From contig MVCW01000001.1 of assembly GCA_002049895.1 (NCBI GenBank), positions 1-34,128 on the forward strand: DNA of 34,128 bases, given 5' to 3'. The first letter of the stretch is position 1, and each line of letters begins with the position of its first letter. The position numbers and the translations under genes are program-made. The stretch is from Candidatus Omnitrophica bacterium 4484_171 (GTDB lineage: Bacteria > Omnitrophota > Gorgyraeia > Duberdicusellales > 4484-171). Shown one piece after another: positions 23,081 through 31,988 of the stretch. The notes beneath the pieces were generated by a model, which ran no database searches, was not told the origin of the DNA, and worked only from the letters and a program-made list of their open reading frames with translations.

Positions 23081-23102
23081 GTGATTTTAATGATTTTATA
23101 AT
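23074..23102 (+). promoter_or_regulatory. Promoter of the 23112 methyltransferase gene (leaderless geometry)
   Basis: TTGTCA (23074-23079) is separated by 17 nt from TATAAT (23097-23102). The ATG lies 9 nt after the -10 and there is no SD. Confidence 0.55.
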
Positions 23103-23111
23103 AGTAACGCT

Positions 23112-23945
23112 ATGGTTGTTGTATATAGGGATATAAAAGCACTGTATAATAAGGTTGATAGCCAAGGTTCGTATGTAGATGTTGATTTCGGAACGAGGAG
23201 GGTAAAGGCCGAGATTAGAAACGGTTATATAATATTAGGGGGGCGCTACCCCGTAGACCTTAAGAGAAGACTTAAGGATAATTTATGTTATTTGCTTAAA
23301 AAAGACGGCCCTCTACCAATAGCTTTCTTTTCTTCGTCAACCAACAGGTTTTATAAGCTTATTCCTACCCGGGATTGGCCCTCAGTAGCTATCGGTTCTG
23401 TGCCAATGCATAGAATAAAGGGTATTTCTCCCAAAGAAGATACAGAAAACAAGATAAAACTTATTAACCCGAAAGGCATGGTTCTTGATACCTGTATGGG
23501 GCTTGGTTATACAGCGATTATGGCATCTTTGGTGAGTAGAAAAGTCTACACTTTCGAGTTAGATGAAAATATATATTTTATAGCAAGATTAAACCCTTTA
23601 TCACAAGTTCTCTTTGAGGGAGACAACAATATCGTTGTCAGAAAAGGAGATATATCAAGGCTTATACGCAAGTTTAAAGACGGTTTTTTTGACTGCATTA
23701 TCCACGATCCTCCCACGTTTAAGCTTGCCCCTGTGCTTTATTCTCAAAAGTTTTACAGAGAGCTTCAGAGAGTGTTGAAAATAGGAGGCCGATTTTTCCA
23801 TTATACTCCGCTTTACGGCATAAAAAGAGGACAGTTTTTCCCCGCTAAAATCAAGAAGAATCTTGCAGAAACCGGTTTTAAAATCATTTCTTTTTCTCCG
23901 GATAAAGGTGGAATTCTGTGTCAAAAAGAGGCAAGAAAACTTTGA
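23112..23945 (+). CDS. Class I SAM-dependent methyltransferase (RsmD-like DPPTF motif) with an uncharacterised N-terminal domain
   Basis: The SAM-binding loop is VLDTCMGLGYTA. The acidic strand is YTFELDE. The motif IV-like sequence is CIIHDPPTF. Confidence 0.6.
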   Translation: MVVVYRDIKALYNKVDSQGSYVDVDFGTRRVKAEIRNGYIILGGRYPVDLKRRLKDNLCYLLKKDGPLPIAFFSSSTNRFYKLIPTRDWPSVAIGSVPMHRIKGISPKEDTENKIKLINPKGMVLDTCMGLGYTAIMASLVSRKVYTFELDENIYFIARLNPLSQVLFEGDNNIVVRKGDISRLIRKFKDGFFDCIIHDPPTFKLAPVLYSQKFYRELQRVLKIGGRFFHYTPLYGIKRGQFFPAKIKKNLAETGFKIISFSPDKGGILCQKEARKL

Positions 23946-23954
23946 CGATATTAT

Positions 23955-26390
23955 TTACTGCAGGAGTCCCTTAAATAAGTCTTTGATACTGTTTATCGGA
24001 GAAAGCAGTATGGATTTGAATTTATAACGGGGTTTATCAATAGTGCCCTTTATCTCTATGGTAAGGCCGGTTTTCCCCGCAACGTTGGTGAATATTTTTC
24101 TTAGTCCTTCTGAGGCGCTGATAAGATAGGGGTTAAAATCAGGATAAAGCATAAAATCTAAGTTTCCTGCAAAAGTTATATTCCCTTCGCCCGCTAAGCT
24201 CATCTGGGGAGATTCAAGCTGCAGGTTGCTGATAAATATTGTTTTATTTTTTATTGTGAATTCTGTAAATCCCCTGCTGAATATGATATTCTCAAAGTCG
24301 GGGATAAACAGAAATTCTCCAAGCCCTTTCATAAAACTCATTTCCCATATATTGCCGTCTTCAACCATTGCCGCACCGGTTGCATTTATAGAATCCATAT
24401 CTTTTGGCTGGCGGTTTTCTCCCTGTATCTTAAAAGAAAGTTTTCCCGATAGTTTCTTATTCCTCAATGCCAGAACTTTTTTTAATAGAACAAGGTCGAT
24501 TTCTTTGGCAACAATGTCAAATATATAGTGGTTATCTGACAAATCGAATTTAAAGTCCATCTGAGCTTTGCCCTTGCATATGTCAGCGTTAAAAGGAGAA
24601 ACGATAAGTTCATCTTTATCGGCGTACAGGGTAAACTTTATATTTCGCAGTTTTGCCTTTCTTGGTTCTTTTCTTAGCTCTATAATATCAGAGCTGCCGG
24701 ATATCTTTGCTTGCCACTCGTTACTTCCTAATTTTCCGTTAGCTTTTCCGTCTACATTTATGGTCCCCTCTAAAGATATATTATCAATAATGCGCGATGG
24801 AATGATGTCTAGCTCCTTGAATGTATTTTCTATACTGTCAATAGATATATATCCCGATAATGATGCGTTTATAGCACGGTTTTCGGTATTGATATAGCCT
24901 TTCGTTTTTAACTCTGAGCCCTCTCCTTTAAGTAGTATTTCGTTTATGGTTAATACACCGCTTTTGTAGAGTGCTTCTATTGCTGTGTTAAAAAGAGGAG
25001 ATTTTATATCTGCCTTTATAGATGCCGGAACCAATCTCTTTATTTGTATGCTTCCGGTTAAAGGGATGTTTTTGTACAACAGGCTCAGGGTTTTTATATT
25101 TATGCTTTCTTTGTCAAATGTACCATCACACTGTATTTGGCTGACATTATTTAACTTTGCTATACTCGCATTCTTCAGCGAGAATAAACCGTGGTAACTG
25201 TAATTGTTTTCTTTAGGATTACCTTTTATATTAATCTCAATGGCGGGGTTTGCGGTTAGAGGAATATTTAGAGAAAATAGTTTGGCTTTTTGGAGGATGG
25301 TTTTTATGTTATCCAGTTTTCCTTTATATTTTATATTTAAATCTATAAAAGGGTTGCTGAAATCGTTTATATTTCCGCTTGCTTCTATTTTGTTTTCTCG
25401 CCAGATTGTTTCAAGGGATGAAAACGTGAGATTATCTTTATTCAGGTTAAAAGATAAGTTTAAGTTTCCGAAATTATCTAAATAAGGAACATTTTCAAGC
25501 TCACCTTCATATAAGGAGCCGCTTACATTATACGAGAATCTTTTTGTTTTAATATCAAAAGAGAAATTAGGCCTTATATAGGCTTTGCCGTTAAATGTGA
25601 TTGATTGTTTTAATATATCTATTTTCTCAAGCTTAATTTCACCTTTGATAGAATATATGTCTTTTCCGTTGACAACGAGACTGCTTTCTTCAATTATCGC
25701 ACTGTTTAAATCAGCTATTTTATTAAGATACGCTTTATAATCGGAAAGCTGGACTTTTGATAAATATACAGAGGCATTCAGTTTATTTTCCGCAGGGTCA
25801 AATTTCCCCTCGACCTTTATTACATCTTTTTGTCCGTTATTAGTTTCTAAACGGAATAGGATTTTAGGGCCGAAAGAGAATCTTAGAGATACGGTTATGT
25901 TACGAAGAGTTTTCTCTAAAGTAGCATATTCATCGGTTAACTTAAGGGTACCCGCGCTTACGTATATCTTCTTTATAAATATCTTTCTTGGAACGGAACT
26001 ATTTTCCTGTTTTATGTATGGTAGATTTAATTTACCCTTTTCATTGCGTATTATATGGAGATATATGCCTTTTGCTTTTATCGATGAAATAATGAATATT
26101 CTTTTTGATAATAGTGATGGATAGAAGGGGAAGATAGATATCTCCTTAGCCGCCAGGTAAGGTTCACTTGTCTTATATTCGTATATTGTAATTCCTTTTA
26201 ATGTGATGCTGCCGTCTAAGTTAAACCTTACGTTTTTTATTTCTACATTTTTATGGAGGGATGTTTCTACTGCCGATGACACAGTCAGCCTTATTTTCTT
26301 AGGTAGAATTATATTTAATATTGCTGTGGCGATAGCGGCTGTTGCAAAGAGTATTACAAATACAACAGGTAGTATTTTAAACAATTTCAT
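23955..26390 (-). CDS. AsmA-family / TamB-like envelope protein
   Basis: An N-terminal TM anchor (ILPVVFVILFATAAIATAILNII) precedes ~780 aa of beta-rich, Asn/Lys/Ile-rich sequence. The C-terminal AsmA-like end reads GLTIEIKGTIDKPRYKF. Confidence 0.55.
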   Translation of the reverse strand: MKLFKILPVVFVILFATAAIATAILNIILPKKIRLTVSSAVETSLHKNVEIKNVRFNLDGSITLKGITIYEYKTSEPYLAAKEISIFPFYPSLLSKRIFIISSIKAKGIYLHIIRNEKGKLNLPYIKQENSSVPRKIFIKKIYVSAGTLKLTDEYATLEKTLRNITVSLRFSFGPKILFRLETNNGQKDVIKVEGKFDPAENKLNASVYLSKVQLSDYKAYLNKIADLNSAIIEESSLVVNGKDIYSIKGEIKLEKIDILKQSITFNGKAYIRPNFSFDIKTKRFSYNVSGSLYEGELENVPYLDNFGNLNLSFNLNKDNLTFSSLETIWRENKIEASGNINDFSNPFIDLNIKYKGKLDNIKTILQKAKLFSLNIPLTANPAIEINIKGNPKENNYSYHGLFSLKNASIAKLNNVSQIQCDGTFDKESINIKTLSLLYKNIPLTGSIQIKRLVPASIKADIKSPLFNTAIEALYKSGVLTINEILLKGEGSELKTKGYINTENRAINASLSGYISIDSIENTFKELDIIPSRIIDNISLEGTINVDGKANGKLGSNEWQAKISGSSDIIELRKEPRKAKLRNIKFTLYADKDELIVSPFNADICKGKAQMDFKFDLSDNHYIFDIVAKEIDLVLLKKVLALRNKKLSGKLSFKIQGENRQPKDMDSINATGAAMVEDGNIWEMSFMKGLGEFLFIPDFENIIFSRGFTEFTIKNKTIFISNLQLESPQMSLAGEGNITFAGNLDFMLYPDFNPYLISASEGLRKIFTNVAGKTGLTIEIKGTIDKPRYKFKSILLSPINSIKDLFKGLLQ

Positions 26391-26411
26391 TTTTACAAGG
26401 AAGCAAACCCG

Positions 26412-29060
26412 TTAGCCAACCGTTATATCTATAGTATGTTGTTTGTTCTTAGACAATTTATTTATTTCCGAAATTGGAACTACCAATTTATTACCCGATA
26501 GTCTTATCTTTTTACCGTCAATAGAACCATTGATAATAGGAGAGGGCTTGTTTGTTTTTATAAGATAATTTATCTTTAAAATTTTATTTTTTATAGTCAA
26601 ATCAACGGATATGTTCCCTAAAGGACTTTTCTTGTTTATTTTAGGCTGTATTATTAAATCTCCAAGGATGTATTTTATTCCAAGGGTTTGGCGTATTAAC
26701 GTATGGATATACCAGCTTGCCGATCCTGTGAGATAAAAATAAAGGCCGCGACCATCATTGTTAAAATATTCCGGTATCATGGGATATATTTTTGACTTTC
26801 TGGATACAGCCATCTTGTATATAGAATCAAACACTTCACGCGCTTCGTTAATAAAGCCGCGTTTATACAGAGCAAAACTCAACATTATTGTCATATGATT
26901 AAAGAACGCCCCATTTTCTTTATCGCCGTAGGAGAAACCAAATGCCCTGCCCAATTCCATATATAGCTGTTTGAAATCAGTATTTAAGCGGAATCCCTTT
27001 AAGTTTTTGTCATAAAGATATTTTCTTATAGATTTCCAAATTTCCTTTATCTGTTCCGATTTGGCTACGCCGCTCATAATGGCAAATACCTGAGAAGCAA
27101 GCATCATACGCATAAGAGAGCCGGTTTTGCCTTCAACGCGTTTCCCTCTATTATCATAGTAGCCGTTGAAGAAACCGTATTTTAACCATTCTTTCCTGCG
27201 GATAAAACTTTTTAGCCATTTTGATTTTATCTTTAAGTCATTTGCGATTAGAGATAAACCGACTTCTTTTTTTATTCCCGATACCGATTTATTTGTTTTC
27301 TCAAAATAATGGTTCAACAGTTTTATTTTTTCACCGGGACGGCTATAATTTATGGGTTTATTAATCGTATCTAAAAGGAGAACCACTTCTTCCAGCAGTT
27401 TTACACTTTTTCTTTTCTTGGATAATTCATTTACAATATAAGAAATGTTTTCTAAATTATCAGCATACATAGAGCTAAAAGTAACACTTTCCCCGAGACC
27501 AGGTGCCATATCAAGCCCATCATTCCAATCTGCATTTTCAAGCCTTGTGATATTATGTTTTCCCACATTAAAAAACTGAACCAGATTTTCAACTAAAATA
27601 TGTTCAAGTATGCTGCCCTTATATACTGCACCGTTTATTGCCTTGAGCATATTTTTATTATCTGTAAACCTATAATCTATCTCTTTTGCCCTTTTAAATT
27701 GGTGGTCACAGAAGTAAGGAATTTCTTTTAGCAGGATATCTATGTCGCCGTTTTTATGCATATATTCACGAAGCGCAAAATAAGGCCATACGCCGTGGTC
27801 AGACCAAACTCTGGGTATACTGTTTCTGTCTGATATAAAATTTCCGTCTTTGGTGATTATTGTGGCGTTTGAGCCATCTATACGCACTCCTTTAAAGCTG
27901 TTAATAATTAGTTTTTTTGTACTTTCGGTGTCGATAAGAAGGAGGCTGAGAGTATCCTGCCATAGATCGCGCCACCCCCGCCCGCCTTTTCCGTAGTCAA
28001 AGTGGGGCAAGAATGAACATCCAAAGAGTTTTCTTAAGGTAGGCTGCAATATTACCCATTTAAGCCATCCGTTATAGTTTTTGTTGCTCGATGTTATATT
28101 AAACCTGTTTTTCGGCCTAATTGTTCCGTCTTCCGTATTTTGCCAGTAACTTTTAGTCTTATCAAGATAAGAATTTATTTTGTCAGTGCTGTTTAATTTT
28201 ATAAAGGTACTCTTTAGATAATTTTTATCAGTTGTTATTCCTGCGATAAATACATATTCTGCTACATGCCCTTTTTTAAGGCGTATCTTTTTGAAGCGTA
28301 GTGCTGCACAAGCTTCTTTTCCTTCAGATGCAGATATTTTCTTTCTTAAAACGGGTTTATTTCTGTATATCGCCGCAGGATAAAACAGGTTTCCTTCTTC
28401 TCCGCAGAAATCGAACAATGTTGGAAACTGTCTCGCAGGAGCATCTTTTTTTCCGTCATACCCAAACACAAAATAAATAGTTTCATTAACGCTATGGACT
28501 TTCTCGTTGAAAGACATTGTCGGCTTTAATATTATGCCGTATTTATCAAGTTTTACACGATTTAGCAATGAGGTTACATGGCGGTGGTCTCTTAAATTGT
28601 TCTCTCCGCGTCCGTATAATGGCATGAAGAATGTCGGTACAAATTCAACGGTTTGTCTGCTCTTTACGGTTATATGCGTTATTTCTACATCTAAATCATA
28701 GGGGATAAAGGTTAGAACGGTTATGGAGACTTCGGGATAGTAATATACCATTTTGTGGTAAAGCATGCCTGCTTCTAGAGTTGTTTTCTGCGCTTGTGAT
28801 GTCCTTATTATTTTGTTTCTGTGTGATAATAGTTTTAGAAAGAATTCTCTTCTTGAAAGAGGGTTGTTTTTTATGTCTTCGATACTCGCGGGAGGCATTA
28901 AGAAATGGTCATTGTCTTGTTTTATGTCGCCACTAAGGTTTGGGCTGATAGAACTTAATAATGTGCCTCCTGAATTAGTGAGAGGAAAGTATAGATAAGA
29001 AATATTATGTGCGTTTTTTACAACAAAAGTACCGTTATTATCTATAAACTTATAAATCAT
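26412..29060 (-). CDS. GH94-like glycoside phosphorylase superfamily protein (cellobiose/beta-glucan phosphorylase-like)
   Basis: 882 aa with no signal peptide. GRGWRDLWQD resembles the RD-x-x-QD motif, and ENADWNDGLD resembles the catalytic ADWND motif of cellobiose phosphorylases. Confidence 0.55.
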   Translation of the reverse strand: MIYKFIDNNGTFVVKNAHNISYLYFPLTNSGGTLLSSISPNLSGDIKQDNDHFLMPPASIEDIKNNPLSRREFFLKLLSHRNKIIRTSQAQKTTLEAGMLYHKMVYYYPEVSITVLTFIPYDLDVEITHITVKSRQTVEFVPTFFMPLYGRGENNLRDHRHVTSLLNRVKLDKYGIILKPTMSFNEKVHSVNETIYFVFGYDGKKDAPARQFPTLFDFCGEEGNLFYPAAIYRNKPVLRKKISASEGKEACAALRFKKIRLKKGHVAEYVFIAGITTDKNYLKSTFIKLNSTDKINSYLDKTKSYWQNTEDGTIRPKNRFNITSSNKNYNGWLKWVILQPTLRKLFGCSFLPHFDYGKGGRGWRDLWQDTLSLLLIDTESTKKLIINSFKGVRIDGSNATIITKDGNFISDRNSIPRVWSDHGVWPYFALREYMHKNGDIDILLKEIPYFCDHQFKRAKEIDYRFTDNKNMLKAINGAVYKGSILEHILVENLVQFFNVGKHNITRLENADWNDGLDMAPGLGESVTFSSMYADNLENISYIVNELSKKRKSVKLLEEVVLLLDTINKPINYSRPGEKIKLLNHYFEKTNKSVSGIKKEVGLSLIANDLKIKSKWLKSFIRRKEWLKYGFFNGYYDNRGKRVEGKTGSLMRMMLASQVFAIMSGVAKSEQIKEIWKSIRKYLYDKNLKGFRLNTDFKQLYMELGRAFGFSYGDKENGAFFNHMTIMLSFALYKRGFINEAREVFDSIYKMAVSRKSKIYPMIPEYFNNDGRGLYFYLTGSASWYIHTLIRQTLGIKYILGDLIIQPKINKKSPLGNISVDLTIKNKILKINYLIKTNKPSPIINGSIDGKKIRLSGNKLVVPISEINKLSKNKQHTIDITVG

Positions 29061-29130
29061 TTTTCACTGTCGTTTTCTCTTTTTTACTTTTTTATCCGCT
29101 ACCTCTACATTACTATTCTATAGTTTTTTA

Positions 29131-29160
29131 TTGTTACGGCAATGGTTTTTTTGATATAAT
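29131..29160 (+). promoter_or_regulatory. Extended -10 promoter, leaderless geometry
   Basis: TTGTTA (29131-29136) is separated by 18 nt from TGaTATAAT (29152-29160). The ATG at 29169 lies 8 nt after the -10 and there is no SD. Confidence 0.55.
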
Positions 29161-29168
29161 ACAAAAAC

Positions 29169-30329
29169 ATGAAGCATTTATTTCTGAAAAGGACGGTATT
29201 ACTGGTATTAAGTGCGGCTATTTTTATTTTTCCCTCCCTTAACGTTTTATCCAAGGACCAGAAGCTGAAAGTTATTTTATTTTATTCTTCCCATTGCGGC
29301 CATTGTATAAAATTGGAGAAAGAATTTATGCCGAGAATTATAAACAGATATAAAGACAAGGTAGATTTAGAGACTCTAAATGTGGAAGACAGTAAGAACT
29401 TAAATGTTTTAGTATCATTATCGCGGCAATACGGCAAAAACAGAGCTGGTGTCCCTTCGGTATTTGTTGGCAACGATTTTATTGTCGGGACAAGAGAGAT
29501 AGAGAATAATTTAGAGCGTTTAATAGATAAATATTTGCGTAAAAGGCCAGTTTTGCCTTATTTATTTTCCGGCGTTAATTTAGTAGAACAGTTTAAAGCT
29601 ATTTCAGTCCTTACTATTGTAAGCGCGGGGCTGATCGACGGGATAAACCCCTGTGCTTTTGCGGTTATTGTGTTTTTTATATCTTTTCTAAGCGTTTACG
29701 GATATAACAAGAGGGAAATCGTATATATCGGCCTGTCTTACGTTTTAAGTGTCTTTATTACTTATATCCTTATCGGTTTAGGATTGTTTGAGTTTTTTTA
29801 TTCAATGAGCCATTTTTATTTTATTATGAAGCTTTTTTATTACTCTATAGCAGTATTTTGTTTTGTACTTTCGGGTTTTGCCCTGTATGATTTTATTAGG
29901 TACAGGAAAACCAAAGAAAACGACGGTCTTATCCTGCAACTTCCGCTGTTCCTGAAAAAAAGAATCAATTTTGTAATTGGAGCCGGCCTGCGCAGGAAGA
30001 GCTATACCCGTATTATTGAACTGTGTGGTATTTCTCTATTAGTAGGTTTTTGTGTTTCTCTCCTTGAGGCCGCATGCACAGGGCAGGTTTATGTTCCTAC
30101 GATAGCTTTTATCCTGAAACTTCCTCAGTTACGGATAAGGGCGGCCGCTTATCTCATTCTTTATAACCTTATGTTCATACTCCCGCTTATAATAATCTTT
30201 GCTCTTTCTCTTTTGGGAGTGAGCTCTAAGAAGTTTAATCTATTTTTAAAGAACAATTTAGCCAGGATAAAGGTGTTAATGGTATTCTTCTTCCTTGGCA
30301 TGGGTATGTTTATTTTATGGTTAAGTTGA
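29169..30329 (+). CDS. Thioredoxin-fold domain fused to a CcdA/DsbD-type thiol-disulfide transporter
   Basis: A signal peptide is followed by a thioredoxin CxxC (SSHCGHCIKL). The membrane domain has GLIDGINPCAF and a second conserved Cys in LLEAACTGQVY. Confidence 0.75.
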   Translation: MKHLFLKRTVLLVLSAAIFIFPSLNVLSKDQKLKVILFYSSHCGHCIKLEKEFMPRIINRYKDKVDLETLNVEDSKNLNVLVSLSRQYGKNRAGVPSVFVGNDFIVGTREIENNLERLIDKYLRKRPVLPYLFSGVNLVEQFKAISVLTIVSAGLIDGINPCAFAVIVFFISFLSVYGYNKREIVYIGLSYVLSVFITYILIGLGLFEFFYSMSHFYFIMKLFYYSIAVFCFVLSGFALYDFIRYRKTKENDGLILQLPLFLKKRINFVIGAGLRRKSYTRIIELCGISLLVGFCVSLLEAACTGQVYVPTIAFILKLPQLRIRAAAYLILYNLMFILPLIIIFALSLLGVSSKKFNLFLKNNLARIKVLMVFFFLGMGMFILWLS

Positions 30330-30376
30330 CAGTTTTAACATATTTATTCCGGTGCAATAAAAGACATAAATGAGCG

Positions 30377-30405
30377 TTGGCAATAAAACAATATTCTGAT
30401 ACAAT
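30377..30405 (+). promoter_or_regulatory. Promoter of the NIL-domain protein / trmJ pair
   Basis: TTGGCA (30377-30382) is separated by 17 nt from TACAAT (30400-30405), which is preceded by TG (extended -10). SD AGAGGAGAG follows. Confidence 0.55.
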
Positions 30406-30422
30406 CTAAAGAGGAGAGATAT

Positions 30423-30644
30423 ATGACGACAAAGGATGTGGAGCTTATAATTCCGGGAGATTTAAAGAGCGAGCCTATTTTCTATTACATAATTAAGCAT
30501 TTTGATGTCATACCTAATATAAAAGAGGCGTCGTTCTCTACAGAAATGGGGTGGGCCATCGTGCGTTTTGAAGGCAAGGACGAAGAGTTAAAAAGAATGT
30601 TTAAATTCTTGGAAGAAAAGAGTGTGCGTATCAACTTCCGATAA
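30423..30644 (+). CDS. NIL-domain (ferredoxin-like fold) small protein
   Basis: The 73-aa protein contains PIFYYIIKHFDVIPNIKEASFSTEMGWAIVRFEG, as in the NIL domain found at MetN C-termini. Confidence 0.6.
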   Translation: MTTKDVELIIPGDLKSEPIFYYIIKHFDVIPNIKEASFSTEMGWAIVRFEGKDEELKRMFKFLEEKSVRINFR

Positions 30645-31344
30645 AGAAAGAGTTATTAAGAATATTTCTATTGTCCTGGTATCTCCCCAAGTTCCTGAGA
30701 ATATCGGTTTATGTGCACGGGTTCTTAAGAATACGTCCTTCTTTAATTTGCTTCTGGTTAATCCCAATCTTAACGGTAAATCATTCGAAGTATCAAAAAG
30801 AGCGCGTGATATCTTAGAAAAAGCAAAGATATGCAAAAGTTTAAAAGAGGCTGTTAGAGATTCCCATTTTGTGTTTGGTACTACCAGGAGAAAAAGAGAA
30901 TACGCTTCGGTTTATAATTTTGGCGGTATACTGCCTATGCTTGCTGCTTCCGCCAGGAAAAAGAAAATCAGCATTGTTTTTGGCAGAGAAGACTTTGGCC
31001 TTTCAAAAGAGGAAATGGAATATTGCGACAGTGCCTTTTATATACCGGCGGACCAAAAATTTGCCTCTTATAATTTAGCATTTTCTGTGGGAATAGTGTG
31101 TTATAAAATATTTGAATACTTAGAGAATATTAGTAGTATTTCTTCGTTGAGCCTTGCTAAGAATAAGGATATCGAGGCTTTATATATAAACATAGAGAAT
31201 GTGCTAAAGAAGTTGAAATTTAAAAGTAATATTACGTCCGGGAGCCTGAGTACAATTAGAAGAATTTTTAAGCGCACTCATCTTACAAGAAATGAAATGA
31301 AGCTTCTTAAGTCGATTTTTCTTGCAGCAGGCAAAAAGGCCTGA
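30622..31344 (+). CDS. trmJ: SpoU/TrmH-family tRNA 2'-O-methyltransferase (TrmJ-like)
   Basis: Motifs are ISIVLVSPQVPENIGLCARVLKN, ISIVFGREDFGLSKEE and NLAFSVGIVCY. The GTG start overlaps the NIL ORF by 23 nt, and the start position is uncertain. Confidence 0.75.
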   Translation: MCVSTSDKERVIKNISIVLVSPQVPENIGLCARVLKNTSFFNLLLVNPNLNGKSFEVSKRARDILEKAKICKSLKEAVRDSHFVFGTTRRKREYASVYNFGGILPMLAASARKKKISIVFGREDFGLSKEEMEYCDSAFYIPADQKFASYNLAFSVGIVCYKIFEYLENISSISSLSLAKNKDIEALYINIENVLKKLKFKSNITSGSLSTIRRIFKRTHLTRNEMKLLKSIFLAAGKKA

Positions 31345-31357
31345 ATTGCATTTTTCC

Positions 31358-31385
31358 TTGCATTATATTTATTTTAAGTTATAAT
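31358..31385 (+). promoter_or_regulatory. Promoter in front of the trpB2 relic (leaderless geometry)
   Basis: TTGCAT (31358-31363) is separated by 16 nt from TATAAT (31380-31385). The ATG lies 8 nt after the -10. Confidence 0.45.
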
Positions 31386-31393
31386 CACTTTCT

Positions 31394-31657
31394 ATGAATA
31401 AGGTAAAAATTACATTTAGTGAGAAAGATATTCCCAGACGCTGGTACAACATTCAGGCAGATTTGCCGTCTTCTCTATATCCGCCGGTTCATCCGGCGGT
31501 AAAGAAACCTTCATCTTCAAAATTAACAAAGTCAGGAAGAGATATATTAAAAAAACATCCTCATTCATTCGGGAGTTTAGACATTGCTATATCGGAAGCT
31601 GTAAAGGACGCGGGTGGCCATGTTGAAAAACTATGCATATCCCCAGAGTGCGGTTAA
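31394..31657 (+). pseudogene. Remnant of a TrpB2-type (TrpB-like PLP enzyme) gene with a large internal deletion and 3' truncation
   Basis: The N-terminus KDIPRRWYNIQADLPSSLYPPVHP matches the TrpB2 start (IP-x-x-WYNI-x-x-DLP). It is followed directly by GRDILKKHPHSFGSLDIAISEAVKD, which matches a mid-protein TrpB2 block (...NHPGSLGIAISEAIED). The ORF is 87 aa against roughly 450 aa for an intact enzyme. Confidence 0.65.
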
Positions 31658-31706
31658 TAAAGCCTTGAAAGAAATCTCCTCTTTAGGATAATAATTATTA
31701 ATAACT

Positions 31707-31988
31707 ATGGTCGATAAGAAAACTGTAGAATATGTTGCTAACTTGGCACGGATAGATATACGTGAAGACCAAAAGTCCCGATTTACAGATGAGTTATCCA
31801 GAATTTTAGAATACATAGATAAATTAAAGGAACTTAATGTGGAGTCAATCCGTCCCACACGGGGAGCGTTCACGGAAGAAAACGTTCTAAGGCCTGACAG
31901 GCAAAAGAAGAAGGAGTATTATACGGATATTCTAAATAATGCCCCCGCCAGTGAAGATAACCATTTTAGGGTTCCTAAGGTAATTTAA
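31707..31988 (+). CDS. gatC: Glu/Asp-tRNA amidotransferase subunit C
   Basis: VEYVANLARIDIREDQ...ILEYIDKLKELNV is a typical GatC sequence. Its stop overlaps the gatA start (TAATG). Confidence 0.88.
   Translation: MVDKKTVEYVANLARIDIREDQKSRFTDELSRILEYIDKLKELNVESIRPTRGAFTEENVLRPDRQKKKEYYTDILNNAPASEDNHFRVPKVI

Noticed and set aside
23955-26415. A series of plus-strand ORFs (24226.., 24568.., 24985.., 25204.., 25897.., 26203..) inside the AsmA-like gene. Similar antisense ORFs lie inside pilQ, ALDH, MMPL, rlmN and gatA.
   Set aside because: These are typical shadow ORFs of AT-rich coding DNA. They give Phe/Leu/Ile/Ser-rich products with no motifs, and each is fully contained in a well-supported gene on the other strand.
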